A stretch of 64,000 nt of DNA from Alphaproteobacteria bacterium (GTDB lineage: Bacteria > Pseudomonadota > Alphaproteobacteria > UBA7985). The stretch covers positions 16,491-80,490 of the forward strand of contig CBFIIW010000003.1 of assembly GCA_965662775.1 (NCBI GenBank), read 5' to 3'. Each line of letters begins with the position of its first letter. The stretch's first letter is position 1. The position numbers were made by a program, and so were the translations under genes. Below, one piece after another: positions 17,807 to 27,932 of this stretch. The notes under the pieces are model-generated. The model had not been told where the DNA came from and made no database searches. It saw only the letters and a list, made by a program, of their open reading frames with translations.

Positions 17807-19486
17807 ATGGCAGAAGCCGCCATGGAGTCCTTCGCGGACCTCCTTAACGAATCAATAGGCGATACCCTCGAAGGGTCCGTCCTCTCCGGCACCGTTCTGA
17901 ACATCGAAAATGATCTGGTGATCATCGATGTAGGCCTCAAATCTGAAGGCCGCGTGCCCCTCAAAGAATTCACGATGCCCGGCCAGGAGCCGACCATCAA
18001 AGCCGGCGATACCGTCGAGGTGTTCGTCGAGCGCTACGAGAACAAGGACGGCGAAGTCATGCTGTCCCGCGACAAGGCACGTCGTGAAGAAGCCTGGGTT
18101 GAGCTAGAAAAGAAGTTCAACGACAGCGTTCGCGTCGAAGGTGTGATCTTCAACCGCGTCAAGGGTGGCTTTACTGTTGACCTCGGCGGGGCTGTAGCCT
18201 TCCTGCCCGGTTCGCAGGTCGATATTCGGCCAGTGCGCGACGTTGCACCACTGATGAACAACGCGCAGCCGTTCCAAATCCTTAAGATGGACAAGGCGCG
18301 GGGCAACATCGTTGTGTCGCGCCGCGCGGTTTTGGAAGAAGCCCGCGCCGAGCAGCGTCAGGAGCTCATCCAGAACCTGGAAGAGGGCAGCGTCCTTCAG
18401 GGCGTCGTCAAGAACATCACTGACTACGGCGCGTTCGTGGATCTGGGTGGCGTCGACGGCCTGCTGCACGTGACCGATATTTCCTGGCGCCGTATCAACC
18501 ATCCGTCAGAGGTTCTGACTGTGGGTCAGTCGGTTGAAGTGCAAGTGATCAAATTCAACCGTGAAACGCAGCGTATCTCGCTTGGCATGAAGCAACTCGA
18601 AGCTGATCCGTGGGAAACCGTTGCTGCGGAATTCCCGGTTGGCACCAAGTTCAACGGCCGAGTGACCAACATCACCGACTACGGTGCCTTTGTTGAACTG
18701 ATGCCTGGGATCGAAGGTCTGGTCCACGTATCGGAAATGTCCTGGACCAAGAAGAACGTGCACCCAGGTAAAATCGTTTCTACCTCGCAAGAGGTTGAAG
18801 TCGTCATCTTGGACGTTGACACCACCAAGCGGCGGATTTCTCTGGGTCTGAAGCAGACCATGGCGAACCCATGGGAAGCGTTCCTCGACTCCAACCCGGT
18901 CGGTTCGACCATCACTGGGGAAGTCCGCAACATCACTGAATTCGGTCTGTTTGTCGGGCTGGACGGTGACATCGACGGCATGATCCATCTGTCCGACATT
19001 GACTGGAATCGCTCTGGTGAAGAAGCGGTCAAGGACTTCGAAAAGGGTTCGACTGTTTCGGCAAAAGTCCTCGACGTTGACGTTGAGAAAGAGCGCATCT
19101 CGCTTGGCATCAAGCAGCTCGAAGACGATCCGTTCGCCAACGCTATGGATGGTATCAAGCGCGGTCAAATTGTGACCACGACGATCACGCAGGTGCAGGA
19201 AAACGGCATTGAGGTCGAGGTGTCTGACGGTGTGACGGGCTTCATCCGTCGCTCTGATCTGGCTCGCGATCGCGACGACCAGCGCACCGACCGATTTGCG
19301 GTGGGTGAGAAGGTTGACGCTAAGGTCACGTCGATCGACCCCAAAACCCGAAAGATCTCCCTTTCGATTAAGGCTCGTGAGACCGAGGAAGAGCAGGAAG
19401 CCATGGCCGAATACGGCTCCATGGATTCGGGTGCTTCGCTCGGCGATATTCTCGGTGAAGCGCTGAAGAAAGGGCGTGACACTTAG
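17807..19486 (+). CDS. rpsA: 30S ribosomal protein S1
   Basis: Six tandem S1 domains (GxV motifs with DYGAFV repeated). 559 aa. Confidence 0.95.
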   Translation: MAEAAMESFADLLNESIGDTLEGSVLSGTVLNIENDLVIIDVGLKSEGRVPLKEFTMPGQEPTIKAGDTVEVFVERYENKDGEVMLSRDKARREEAWVELEKKFNDSVRVEGVIFNRVKGGFTVDLGGAVAFLPGSQVDIRPVRDVAPLMNNAQPFQILKMDKARGNIVVSRRAVLEEARAEQRQELIQNLEEGSVLQGVVKNITDYGAFVDLGGVDGLLHVTDISWRRINHPSEVLTVGQSVEVQVIKFNRETQRISLGMKQLEADPWETVAAEFPVGTKFNGRVTNITDYGAFVELMPGIEGLVHVSEMSWTKKNVHPGKIVSTSQEVEVVILDVDTTKRRISLGLKQTMANPWEAFLDSNPVGSTITGEVRNITEFGLFVGLDGDIDGMIHLSDIDWNRSGEEAVKDFEKGSTVSAKVLDVDVEKERISLGIKQLEDDPFANAMDGIKRGQIVTTTITQVQENGIEVEVSDGVTGFIRRSDLARDRDDQRTDRFAVGEKVDAKVTSIDPKTRKISLSIKARETEEEQEAMAEYGSMDSGASLGDILGEALKKGRDT

Positions 19487-19582
19487 GGCTGATGATAGCT
19501 TTCCCGACATCGGAGCGGCGCCTTTCTGGCTCGCGGCGGTGTCGGGGGTGCACCAGATCAAATAGGGGGACAGACGGACATC

Positions 19583-19870
19583 ATGACCAAATCAGAACTG
19601 ATCCAACTGGTCGCTTCAGATAACCCACATCTCTACCTCAGAGACATCACCAAGATCGTAAATACGGTTTTTGATGAGATCACCGACGGGCTGACGCACG
19701 GAGACCGCATCGAACTCAGGGGCTTTGGTGCCTTTTCCGTCAAAGTGCGGAAGTCGCGCACCGGTCGCAACCCACGTTCGGGCGAGCCGGTCGAGGTTTC
19801 TGAAAAAGCAATCCCGTACTTCAAGACGGGGAAGCAATTGCACGAGCGGCTGAACGGCGAGGACGAGTAG
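19583..19870 (+). CDS. ihfB: integration host factor subunit beta
   Basis: HU/IHF fold (MTKSELI...[26 protein letters not shown]...IPYFKTGK). Confidence 0.9.
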   Translation: MTKSELIQLVASDNPHLYLRDITKIVNTVFDEITDGLTHGDRIELRGFGAFSVKVRKSRTGRNPRSGEPVEVSEKAIPYFKTGKQLHERLNGEDE

Positions 19871-19901
19871 GCCGCGGCGGGTTGTTTTGCAACAGGTTAT
19901 C

Positions 19902-19925
19902 GGGGAGGCTTCGGCCTCCCTTTTT
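19902..19925 (+). terminator. rho-independent terminator downstream of ihfB
   Basis: GGGGAGGC-ttcg-GCCTCCC hairpin followed by TTTTT. Confidence 0.7.
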
Positions 19926-20073
19926 ACTTCAAGGGAGGGGGCGGGGGTTGGCAAGCCGCTCAAAAACCTGTCATTTTTACCGCTCTTGCTTGGCTGAACG
20001 GTTCGGCTGCTCTGGCGGGCACCGGCTCAATCAACGGCCACCCTGAACTGACGCCAAGGAGGCGCGCTAAACC

Positions 20074-20466
20074 ATGCTCCGCTTTCTCTCATCGACTCTG
20101 GCCGTACTGAGTCTCGCCGTGCTGGTCTGGTTTGTGGTGTCAAACACCGAACCAGCAACGCTACGGCTGGCTGTGTTGGCTCCCGAGGGTATGGAGCAGC
20201 CGTTGGCGCTTTGGATTGCCGCAACCGCAATTGTTGGCTTTCTGCTTGGTGCGGTGTTTGTGTGGATTCAGGCTGGCTCGCGCCGTTCCGACCTGCGCCG
20301 GACACGGCGCAGCCTGACCCGTACCGAGGACGATCTCGACCGCGCCCGTGCAGACCTTCTCGACCGAGAGGCTGAAATCGACCGTTTGGAGACGGAGGTC
20401 GCAACGTTGCGGACAATCGAACAACCGGCTGAAGACATCACCCCGAAACCTGTTTCTGCCATCTGA
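20074..20466 (+). CDS. lapA: LapA-family (DUF1049) inner-membrane protein
   Basis: Two N-terminal TM helices and a C-terminal coiled-coil (DDLDRARADLLDREAEIDRLETEVATLR). Its position after ihfB is conserved in alphaproteobacteria. Confidence 0.65.
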   Translation: MLRFLSSTLAVLSLAVLVWFVVSNTEPATLRLAVLAPEGMEQPLALWIAATAIVGFLLGAVFVWIQAGSRRSDLRRTRRSLTRTEDDLDRARADLLDREAEIDRLETEVATLRTIEQPAEDITPKPVSAI

Positions 20467-20472
20467 GGTCTC

Positions 20473-21438
20473 ATGCGCTTCATCACTGCCCCCGAAATCG
20501 AAATCGCCCTGGATCAGAAAAGCCTTATTGAGGCCCTGCGACGCGCTTTTCGCATGGGCGCCAGCGCGCGTCCCTATCAGGCTCCGCTGCGCAATCGCTT
20601 CTACGTCGAGAATGTGCACGCCGAACCGACCATCTTGCTCAATATGCCGTCCTGGCAGGTCGACGGAGACCTGGGGATCAAGATGGTGACGGTCAATACC
20701 GGTAACCCGGGGAAGGGGCTGCCCATGGTGCAGGGGGTTTACCTGTTCCTCGATGCCGCAACCGGAAAGGTTCGAGGTATTCTCGAGGCAGAAATGATTA
20801 CAGTGAAGCGGACAGCAGCAGCCTCGGCGTTGGCGTCCAGCTACCTGTCTCGCAGTGACGCGTCCCGCTTGCTCATCGTCGGCGCGGGCGCGCTTGCCCG
20901 CCACTTCATCGACGCACATCGCGCCGTACGGCCGATTTCCGACGTGCTGGTTTGGAACCGCACGCCCCAACGGGCGGAGGAACTGGTGGCCAACTACAGG
21001 CTGCAGGACGACGCATCGGCGCTCAACAGCATCGGGGTCACGGATGATCTGGAGGCAGCGGTCTCGGGCGCTGACATCGTGACCTGCATAACGGCAAGCA
21101 GTGAGCCTGTCATTTTCGGCGACTGGGTACGCGATGGCACTCACATCGATCTGGTTGGCGCCTTCTCCCCAGATAGCCGCGAGTCCGACGATGCGCTGGT
21201 GCAAAAATCCCGGATATTCGTCGATACCAAGACCGGGGCGCTGGCTGAAGCGGGTGATCTGATCATCCCGATGAACAAGGGCCTGATAAATGAAGATGAC
21301 GTTGCGGCGGATCTGTTTGACCTGACGCAAGGTGAGCGCGATGGACGGCGGTTTTATGAGCAGATCACACTGTTCAAAAACTGCGGGTCAGCAATTGAGG
21401 ATCTGGTTGCAGCACGGCTGGCGTACCAGCGCACCTGA
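20473..21438 (+). CDS. ornithine cyclodeaminase/mu-crystallin family protein
   Basis: OCD/mu-crystallin length and pattern with the Rossmann GAGALAR motif. The long antisense ORF 20161..21330 is a shadow. Confidence 0.8.
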   Translation: MRFITAPEIEIALDQKSLIEALRRAFRMGASARPYQAPLRNRFYVENVHAEPTILLNMPSWQVDGDLGIKMVTVNTGNPGKGLPMVQGVYLFLDAATGKVRGILEAEMITVKRTAAASALASSYLSRSDASRLLIVGAGALARHFIDAHRAVRPISDVLVWNRTPQRAEELVANYRLQDDASALNSIGVTDDLEAAVSGADIVTCITASSEPVIFGDWVRDGTHIDLVGAFSPDSRESDDALVQKSRIFVDTKTGALAEAGDLIIPMNKGLINEDDVAADLFDLTQGERDGRRFYEQITLFKNCGSAIEDLVAARLAYQRT

Positions 21439-21519
21439 TGCACTCCAGCACTCTCTGGGGTGCTGAAGGTGCGCCTTTTTTGCCACAAATCTCGAAAAAC
21501 GTGACGCCGGCGCGGCGGC

Positions 21520-22509
21520 TCAAATTGGGAGAAGCAGTGCCAGAGCTAGGGCGGCACCCCAGATCCATCCGGTCCACTGTTCGGCCTTGAAGGCGCGCAG
21601 GCTGTCTGATGGGCTATCCAGATCGGTGCGCTGGACCTGCATCATCATGCGGAAACCAATCAGTACAAGGCCAATCAGACTAATCCAAAAGGGCAGGCCG
21701 TCCGCCGCCAGCGCCAGTGCGAAAAACCAAAACACTAGCGCGACCGCGTATGACAGACGGATGGCCAGTTTGCTGTTTTTGCCGAAGGTCAGCGCCGTCG
21801 ATCGCACCCCGATGATAACATCGTCGGCCTTGTCCTGATGCGCGTAAATGGTGTCATAGCCAAAGGTCCAGGCCCAGCAGCCGGCATAAAGCAGCAGCAT
21901 GGCGAGTGATATTTCGTTGCTGATCGCCGCCCAGCCGATCAACGCCCCGAAGTTGAAGGTCAGTCCAAGCACCGCTTGAGGGTAGTCTGTCACGCGCTTG
22001 GCCAGTGGGTAGAGCGCCACCGGCACCAGTGAAATCACACCGAGCAGGATCCCCCATGGTCGCATCTGCAGCAGGATCAGCAGGCCAAGTCCCAGCAGCA
22101 GCGCGAGAAATACCGCAGCCTGCACCATTGAAATGGCACCCGAGGCCAGAGGCCGTCCAGCAGTGCGCTCGACTTGTGAATCGAGGTCCCGGTCCCACAT
22201 ATCGTTGATGACGCAGCCTGCCCCGCGCATAATGAACGCACCGACCAACAGCAACGCGGCGATCCACAGCACCCGAAACAACAGGTTGACCCCTGCTTCA
22301 GCCTCAACCCCGCCAACACCCTCCATGGCATGCGCGGCAAGCAGTGCGCCCCAAAGGCCCGGGATATAGAGCAGGTAGGCGCCGATCGGCCGGTCCAGCC
22401 GCATCAACCGTGTATAGGGAAGCGTCCTCTCAGGCAGGATCCTGTCAAACCACGTCCGGCCTTGAATATCGGTGAACCGGGGCTTCAAATCGTCCGGATT
22501 GTTTGCCAT
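21520..22509 (-). CDS. ubiA: 4-hydroxybenzoate polyprenyltransferase
   Basis: UbiA prenyltransferase motif NDMWDRDLD and polytopic membrane topology. The start may be 8 codons upstream, at 22533. Confidence 0.9.
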   Translation of the reverse strand: MANNPDDLKPRFTDIQGRTWFDRILPERTLPYTRLMRLDRPIGAYLLYIPGLWGALLAAHAMEGVGGVEAEAGVNLLFRVLWIAALLLVGAFIMRGAGCVINDMWDRDLDSQVERTAGRPLASGAISMVQAAVFLALLLGLGLLILLQMRPWGILLGVISLVPVALYPLAKRVTDYPQAVLGLTFNFGALIGWAAISNEISLAMLLLYAGCWAWTFGYDTIYAHQDKADDVIIGVRSTALTFGKNSKLAIRLSYAVALVFWFFALALAADGLPFWISLIGLVLIGFRMMMQVQRTDLDSPSDSLRAFKAEQWTGWIWGAALALALLLPI

Positions 22510-22553
22510 GGGTTGGGTCACCTTTCTGATCAATGCGAGCAGCGGAATCGAGA

Positions 22554-23336
22554 ATGACTAAGCCAGATCGTCCCACAATCCGCCTCTATGTTGAAGGTGA
22601 GTTGGTAGCAGGTCAGGCCTTCGACTTGCCGGAAGCACAGGCTCACTATCTGCGCAATGTTCTGCGGCGAGACGTCGGCGCGACGCTGGGCTTATTCAAC
22701 GGGCGCGGGCCGGAGTTTCGCTGCATTATCACTGTGCTGAGCAAAAAGGCGGCAAGGGTTGATGTGGTTTCCCCAATGGTCGCCTTTGCAGCCGAACGGC
22801 CGTTGACGCTGATGTTTGCGCCCATCAAGCGTGGTCCGATGGAGTGGATCCTTGCCAAAGGAACCGAACTCGGGGTTACGTGTTTCCAGCCCGTTATCAC
22901 GACACACACGCAGTCTGAACGGCTGCGAACGGACCGCCTGCAATCGATTATGATCGAAGCGGCGGAACAGAGCGAACGGCTTACGATTCCGACCTTGGCA
23001 ACGCCTGTCCTACTGCGCGAGGCGGTTACTGGCTTTAGTGGTTCAGTTGGCGCTGCCTTCGAGGCCGGCGGCTTTAACCCCGTCGCTGCTCAGTTCGCCT
23101 CTATACGGACAACCGGCGATCAACCGCAGCAGCAGGCGCTGCTGGTTGGGCCAGAAGGTGGCTTTCATGCGGACGAAATCCGGTGGCTTTCCAGTCAATC
23201 TAATGTCTTCGGCCTAAGCCTTGGGCCGCGTGTGCTCAAGGCTGAAACGGCGGCGGTGGCTTTGCTCTCAGTCTTCCAGGCACTTCAGGGCGATTGGGAC
23301 AAGCGTCCCGATTTTCGGGGGCCAGCCAGACACTAA
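22554..23336 (+). CDS. rsmE: 16S rRNA (uracil1498-N3)-methyltransferase RsmE
   Basis: N-terminal PUA-like PRLYV-type segment (PTIRLYVEGEL) and a SPOUT C-terminal region (LLVGPEGGF). Confidence 0.8.
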   Translation: MTKPDRPTIRLYVEGELVAGQAFDLPEAQAHYLRNVLRRDVGATLGLFNGRGPEFRCIITVLSKKAARVDVVSPMVAFAAERPLTLMFAPIKRGPMEWILAKGTELGVTCFQPVITTHTQSERLRTDRLQSIMIEAAEQSERLTIPTLATPVLLREAVTGFSGSVGAAFEAGGFNPVAAQFASIRTTGDQPQQQALLVGPEGGFHADEIRWLSSQSNVFGLSLGPRVLKAETAAVALLSVFQALQGDWDKRPDFRGPARH

Positions 23337-23413
23337 AGCTACTTCGTTTACCTTGACGGTTTTGGATCGTCTGACCATTTGCTGGGGACCGAGCTCCAAA
23401 TAAGGTACAGTCA

Positions 23414-24820
23414 TTGTCTGCTCCGCCCACAGGGGTTTCCCAGCCCGTCCACAGCCGCAAAGATCTTGTTGAAGCCCTCGAACGAGGTTGCAAGCCTGCG
23501 TCTCATTGGCGGATCGGAACAGAGCACGAAAAGTTTCTTTACGACAAGCGTGACTTCAGCGCCCTTCCCTACTCCCACGAAACGAATGCGGCAGAAGGGG
23601 CGGCGGCAGGTTCAGGCGATATCCGTCGCTTGTTAAACGGCTTGGTCACGGAGCATGGTTGGACGCCGCTGTATGAAGGCGAGAATGTCGTCGCTCTGAC
23701 CCGCGCCGGTGCCAACATTACATTGGAGCCCGGTGGGCAGTTCGAGCTCTCCGGCGCTGCCGTAGCAAACCTGCACGAGACGGAGGCCGAAACCCGACAG
23801 CACATAGAAGAGTTGCAAGCCCTTTGCGTGCCCATGGGGGTTGGTACCCTGTCTTTGGGGTATCAGCCTGAGCTGTCACGCGACGAGATTCCATGGATGC
23901 CCAAGGCGCGCTACCGCATCATGCGCGCACAGATGAAGCGGAAGGGGATGCTTGGGCTGGATATGATGAAATCCACCGCGACCATTCAGGTCAATTTGGA
24001 TTTCGAATCCGAGGCGGATATGGTCCGCAAGCTTCGGGTTAGCCTCGCACTTCAGCCGGTGGCTACAGCCATTTTCGCTAACTCACCCTTTTCGCGCGGC
24101 CGGCTGAACGGCTACCGGTCGTTCCGTTCAGCTATCTGGCAAGACACCGACCCTGATCGCACAGGGGGGCTGGAATTCGCCTTTGAAGACGGTATGGGCT
24201 TCGAGCGTTACGTCGACTATGCGCTCGATGTGCCGATGTACTTCATCCATCGCGGTGGTGAGTACTTTGATGCCAGTGGCTTGTCGTTCCGTGATTTCAT
24301 GGCGCAGAAGCTGGCTCTTCGGCCGGGTGAGATGCCGTTGAAGTCCGACTGGGATGATCATCTGACGACACTGTTCCCCGAAGTCCGCATCAAGTCTTTC
24401 CTCGAAATGCGAGGCGGTGATGCCGGGCCGGTGGATCATATTCTAGGGCTTTCAGCCTTGTGGACTGGGCTGCTGTATGATTCGAACAGTCTGCAAGCTG
24501 CCTGGGATCTCGTTGCGGGTTGGGGGACAGAAGACCGACGGCAACTCGCCCTCGACGTCCCGACTCAAGGGCTAAAGGCCACAGTTGCTGGACGGTCCGT
24601 GCTTGACCTCGCGCGTGATGTTGTCGCAATTTCAAAGGCCGGTCTACGCCGCCGGGCTGTCCCAGGTCCAGACGAGCAAGCAGATGAAGCCGGACTACTG
24701 GCGCCGCTGGAGGCTTTGCTTGATGCTGGGCATTCCCCGGCTGATCGGTTGATCGAAGCCTTTGAGGGCGCTTGGCAAGGGGACATCCGGCAGGTTTACC
24801 AGGCCGCGTCCCTGTTCTGA
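23414..24820 (+). CDS. gshA: glutamate--cysteine ligase, plant/alphaproteobacterial type (GCS2 family)
   Basis: 468 aa, with N-terminal WRIGTEHEKFLY and overall plant-type GCL architecture. Confidence 0.85.
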   Translation: MSAPPTGVSQPVHSRKDLVEALERGCKPASHWRIGTEHEKFLYDKRDFSALPYSHETNAAEGAAAGSGDIRRLLNGLVTEHGWTPLYEGENVVALTRAGANITLEPGGQFELSGAAVANLHETEAETRQHIEELQALCVPMGVGTLSLGYQPELSRDEIPWMPKARYRIMRAQMKRKGMLGLDMMKSTATIQVNLDFESEADMVRKLRVSLALQPVATAIFANSPFSRGRLNGYRSFRSAIWQDTDPDRTGGLEFAFEDGMGFERYVDYALDVPMYFIHRGGEYFDASGLSFRDFMAQKLALRPGEMPLKSDWDDHLTTLFPEVRIKSFLEMRGGDAGPVDHILGLSALWTGLLYDSNSLQAAWDLVAGWGTEDRRQLALDVPTQGLKATVAGRSVLDLARDVVAISKAGLRRRAVPGPDEQADEAGLLAPLEALLDAGHSPADRLIEAFEGAWQGDIRQVYQAASLF

Positions 24821-25109
24821 TCCGGCCTTGAGCCATCATTCAGCCACGCTGTTTGTTGGCACCCTGTGCTAAGGCCCAATCTGTCGTCCTTTTTCACCTC
24901 TGGCTGATTTTTTAGTGCCATGAATCGTGGCCGGCTTTTCCCGAATGAGACAATCCGCACCTGAAACAAGGGCTTGTGAATGGCGGCGCTGTCGATAAGG
25001 CTGTATTTTGCCATAAGTCAGTAATCGCCGACGGTGATAGCCTCGGGCGTTTCCCAGAACAAACGCGATTGATGATGATGTCGAGAGCAGGGTTGAGAAG
25101 TAGGTTTCT

Positions 25110-25868
25110 ATGAACCGTCTGGTGTTTTGTTTAGTGCGATTGGCGCTGGGCTACGGCCTTGGTCTTTTGCTTGCGCTGGCGCCAGTGGGAATGGCACCCG
25201 CAGCCCTGGCACAGAATAGCGTGGGCGCCAGCAGTGGCCCCTGGCCAACCGTTCAGATCAACCCACTGGTCGTTGAACTGTTTACCAGTCAGGGCTGCCA
25301 CTCCTGTCCCCCGGCAGACCAGGAACTGGAGCGGCTGGCCGACATGCCCGGCGTACTGGGATTGTCATTTCACGTTGATTATTGGGATTACATCGGTTGG
25401 CGCGACCCCTTTGCTAGCCCGAATGCGACCAACCGCCAGAAATACTATCGGCACGTGCTTGCCAAACGCTACATCTTCACACCGCAATTTGTGGTCGGGG
25501 GCAACTGGTCACCCGAAGGGCCCACGAGCCTGCTGGATCAAGATCTGATGCGCTATAAGGGCGACCCGATCATGCTCCGCACGGATCAGGACGGCATCTA
25601 TCTGCCGGAAACTGGTGCTCTTGGCGGCATTGCTGACCTCTGGCTTGTGCACTTCGATCACCGGCATGAAACCGAAATCCGCGCCGGTGAGAACGCGGGC
25701 CGGACGCTGGCTTACCGGCATGTGGTTCGGGACATCAAACATTTGGGCGACTGGCGCGGTGCAGAGCGGCGCATCGCCTGGCCACGAAGGGTGGGCTACG
25801 GAATCGCTTTGCTCGTGCAGCACCGCAGCGACGGCACTATCCTCGCCAGCCTTGCTCACATGCAGTAG
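25110..25868 (+). CDS. DUF1223 thioredoxin-like secreted protein
   Basis: Signal peptide. CxxC in ELFTSQGCHSCPPAD and the DUF1223 sequence pattern. Confidence 0.7.
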   Translation: MNRLVFCLVRLALGYGLGLLLALAPVGMAPAALAQNSVGASSGPWPTVQINPLVVELFTSQGCHSCPPADQELERLADMPGVLGLSFHVDYWDYIGWRDPFASPNATNRQKYYRHVLAKRYIFTPQFVVGGNWSPEGPTSLLDQDLMRYKGDPIMLRTDQDGIYLPETGALGGIADLWLVHFDHRHETEIRAGENAGRTLAYRHVVRDIKHLGDWRGAERRIAWPRRVGYGIALLVQHRSDGTILASLAHMQ

Positions 25869-25960
25869 CTCGCGCCGATCGTTTCGAGTGTCGTCGCACA
25901 GGTGGCTTGTCCTACTTCCTTGCTTACAGCAGCCGCAGCCCCCCTTCGCGGTGCCTCTGA

Positions 25961-27853
25961 TTAATCCCTAAGTGCGTTACCGAGCACCTGCGCCAGCGCT
26001 TTTGCGAACTGCCCCAGATCGCGTGGCGCTTCGCCTTCGACCACCAACGCCATGTCGAACAGCAGATCGGCGACCTGCTCCGCGCGGGCAGATCCTGGTT
26101 GGCTGGTTATTTCAGCCGACAAGGTTGTTACCAACGGGTGGCGGGGATTGATTTCCAGCACGCGCTGTGCGGCTCCGGCGTCTTGTCCGCTAGCCTTGAG
26201 GATCTTGGAAAGCTGCATATCCATACTGCTTTCCGATGCCACGAAACAAGCGGGGCTGTCGGCGAGGCGGTCGGTTGTTCGGATGTCGGCGACGTCCTGA
26301 TCGAAACGGGTCTTGAGCCAGGCGATCAGCTCGCTGGGGTCGCTTACGGCCTCGTCAGCACGCGGCTCGGCATCTGATGCTGCTTCCCCAGACTCGCCTG
26401 TGTCAGCGGAAAAGGCGGACAAATCAGCCGCACCGTGCGTGACGGAGACGAAGGATTTGCCTTCATAGCTGCCTGTCGTGGGTATCCAGAAAGCGTCAAC
26501 CGCGTCGGCGGCGATCAGCACCTCCAGCCCGCGAGCGCGAAAGCCTTCCAGGTGGGGGGAGGCGAGAATGGCGGCTTCGGACTCGCCAGTTGCATAGAAA
26601 ATCTGAGTCTGGCCATCCTTCATCCGGCCGAGATAGCCGTCGAGGTCAGTCAGGCCGTCGTGTGTCGTCGACTTGAACCGAACCAAGGGCAGGATGTCTT
26701 CGCCGCGGTCGCGGTCTTCATACAGCCCTTCTTTAAGGACAGGGCCAAAAGCCTCCCAAAATTGGTCATAGCCTGCCGCATCTTCTTTCTTGCGCTTGGC
26801 CAGGGCGGACAGGATCCGCTTCGTGAGCTGTCGGTTCATGACCTGCAATTGTGGCGCGTTTTGCAGCATTTCACGGCTGATATTTAGCGGCAGATCCTGG
26901 CTGTCGATCAGGCCGCGGACAAAGCGCAAGTAGGCAGGTAGCAGCTCTGGTGCATCGTCAGTGATGAACACCCGTCGGACGAACAACTTGAGCTGACAAC
27001 GGCGCTCGGGCTGGAACAGGTCAAAGGGCCGTTGTGTCGGCACGTACAGGAGCGCAGTGTATTCCAGCTGACCTTCGAGATTCAGGTGCAGAGTTTCCCA
27101 CGGCTTATCAAAGGTGCCAGCGAGGTGATTGTAGAAAGCGGTGTGCTGTTCACCGGTGATTTCAGCCTTAGGGCGAAGCCACAGGGCCTGAGCTTCGTTG
27201 ATCTGCTCAGCCTCCCCATCTTCGGACAGTAGGCTGACCGGGAAGGTCATGTGATCAGCGTATCGGCGGACCAGTCCCTGCAGGCGGTAGGCGTCAAGGA
27301 ACTCGTGCGCATCGTCACGGAGGTGAAGGACGATGGTGGTGCCGATCGGCGTTTCTACACCGTCGATATCGCTAATCGTGAAGCTGCCATCGCCGGTACT
27401 TTCCCAGCGGAAGGCTTCGGTCATGCCGGCTTTACGGGTGTCGACGACCACGCGTTCGGCGACCATGAAGGCGCTGTAGAAACCGACACCGAACTGCCCG
27501 ATCAGTGCGCCGGCGTCTTTGCTTTCTTCCATGGCGGCAGCGAAGTCGGCCGTGCCCGATTTAGCGATGGTGCCCAGATTTGCCATCAGGTCGTCGTGGT
27601 CCATGCCAATACCGCCGTCCGTAATGGCGAGGGTGCCACTTTCCCTGTTGGCCGCAATCAGGATTTTCAGGCTGGCATCCTCATCAAGCAGGTCGGCCTG
27701 TTGCTGAGCGAGGAAGCGGCGCTTGTCGCAGGCGTCCGAGGCATTGGAGATCAGTTCGCGCAGGAAAACTTCACGCTCGGAGTAAAGTGCGGTGGCCACG
27801 AGGTTCAGCAGGCGGGCTGTTTCGGCCTGAAAGCTATGGGTTTGGGTGCTCAC
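25961..27853 (-). CDS. htpG: molecular chaperone HtpG (Hsp90)
   Basis: GHKL ATPase N-terminal motifs (ELISNASDA, GQFGVGFYSAFMVA). 630 aa. Confidence 0.95.
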   Translation of the reverse strand: MSTQTHSFQAETARLLNLVATALYSEREVFLRELISNASDACDKRRFLAQQQADLLDEDASLKILIAANRESGTLAITDGGIGMDHDDLMANLGTIAKSGTADFAAAMEESKDAGALIGQFGVGFYSAFMVAERVVVDTRKAGMTEAFRWESTGDGSFTISDIDGVETPIGTTIVLHLRDDAHEFLDAYRLQGLVRRYADHMTFPVSLLSEDGEAEQINEAQALWLRPKAEITGEQHTAFYNHLAGTFDKPWETLHLNLEGQLEYTALLYVPTQRPFDLFQPERRCQLKLFVRRVFITDDAPELLPAYLRFVRGLIDSQDLPLNISREMLQNAPQLQVMNRQLTKRILSALAKRKKEDAAGYDQFWEAFGPVLKEGLYEDRDRGEDILPLVRFKSTTHDGLTDLDGYLGRMKDGQTQIFYATGESEAAILASPHLEGFRARGLEVLIAADAVDAFWIPTTGSYEGKSFVSVTHGAADLSAFSADTGESGEAASDAEPRADEAVSDPSELIAWLKTRFDQDVADIRTTDRLADSPACFVASESSMDMQLSKILKASGQDAGAAQRVLEINPRHPLVTTLSAEITSQPGSARAEQVADLLFDMALVVEGEAPRDLGQFAKALAQVLGNALRD

Positions 27854-27932
27854 TTTGGGTCTCGCTACGGTTCAGAGATTGTTTCAGGTGGGTCGGGATA
27901 AGTCAGATTGGGCAATAGGGGCGGTACAAAAG

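Noticed and set aside
18506-19561. 351-aa antisense ORF within rpsA
   Set aside because: Antisense to the highly conserved ribosomal protein S1 gene, and no domain signature. A shadow ORF.
20161-21330. 389-aa ORF on the minus strand opposite the ornithine cyclodeaminase gene
   Set aside because: It lies entirely antisense to a well-supported CDS in a high-GC region and has no recognisable motifs or RBS. It is a typical GC-driven shadow ORF.
24850-24870. TGGCAC-containing sequence resembling a sigma-54 -24 element upstream of the DUF1223 gene
   Set aside because: The downstream GC dinucleotide is 2 bp too close (TGGCACcctgtGCt). This does not fit the TGGCACG-N4-TTGC spacing, so it is not called as an RpoN promoter.
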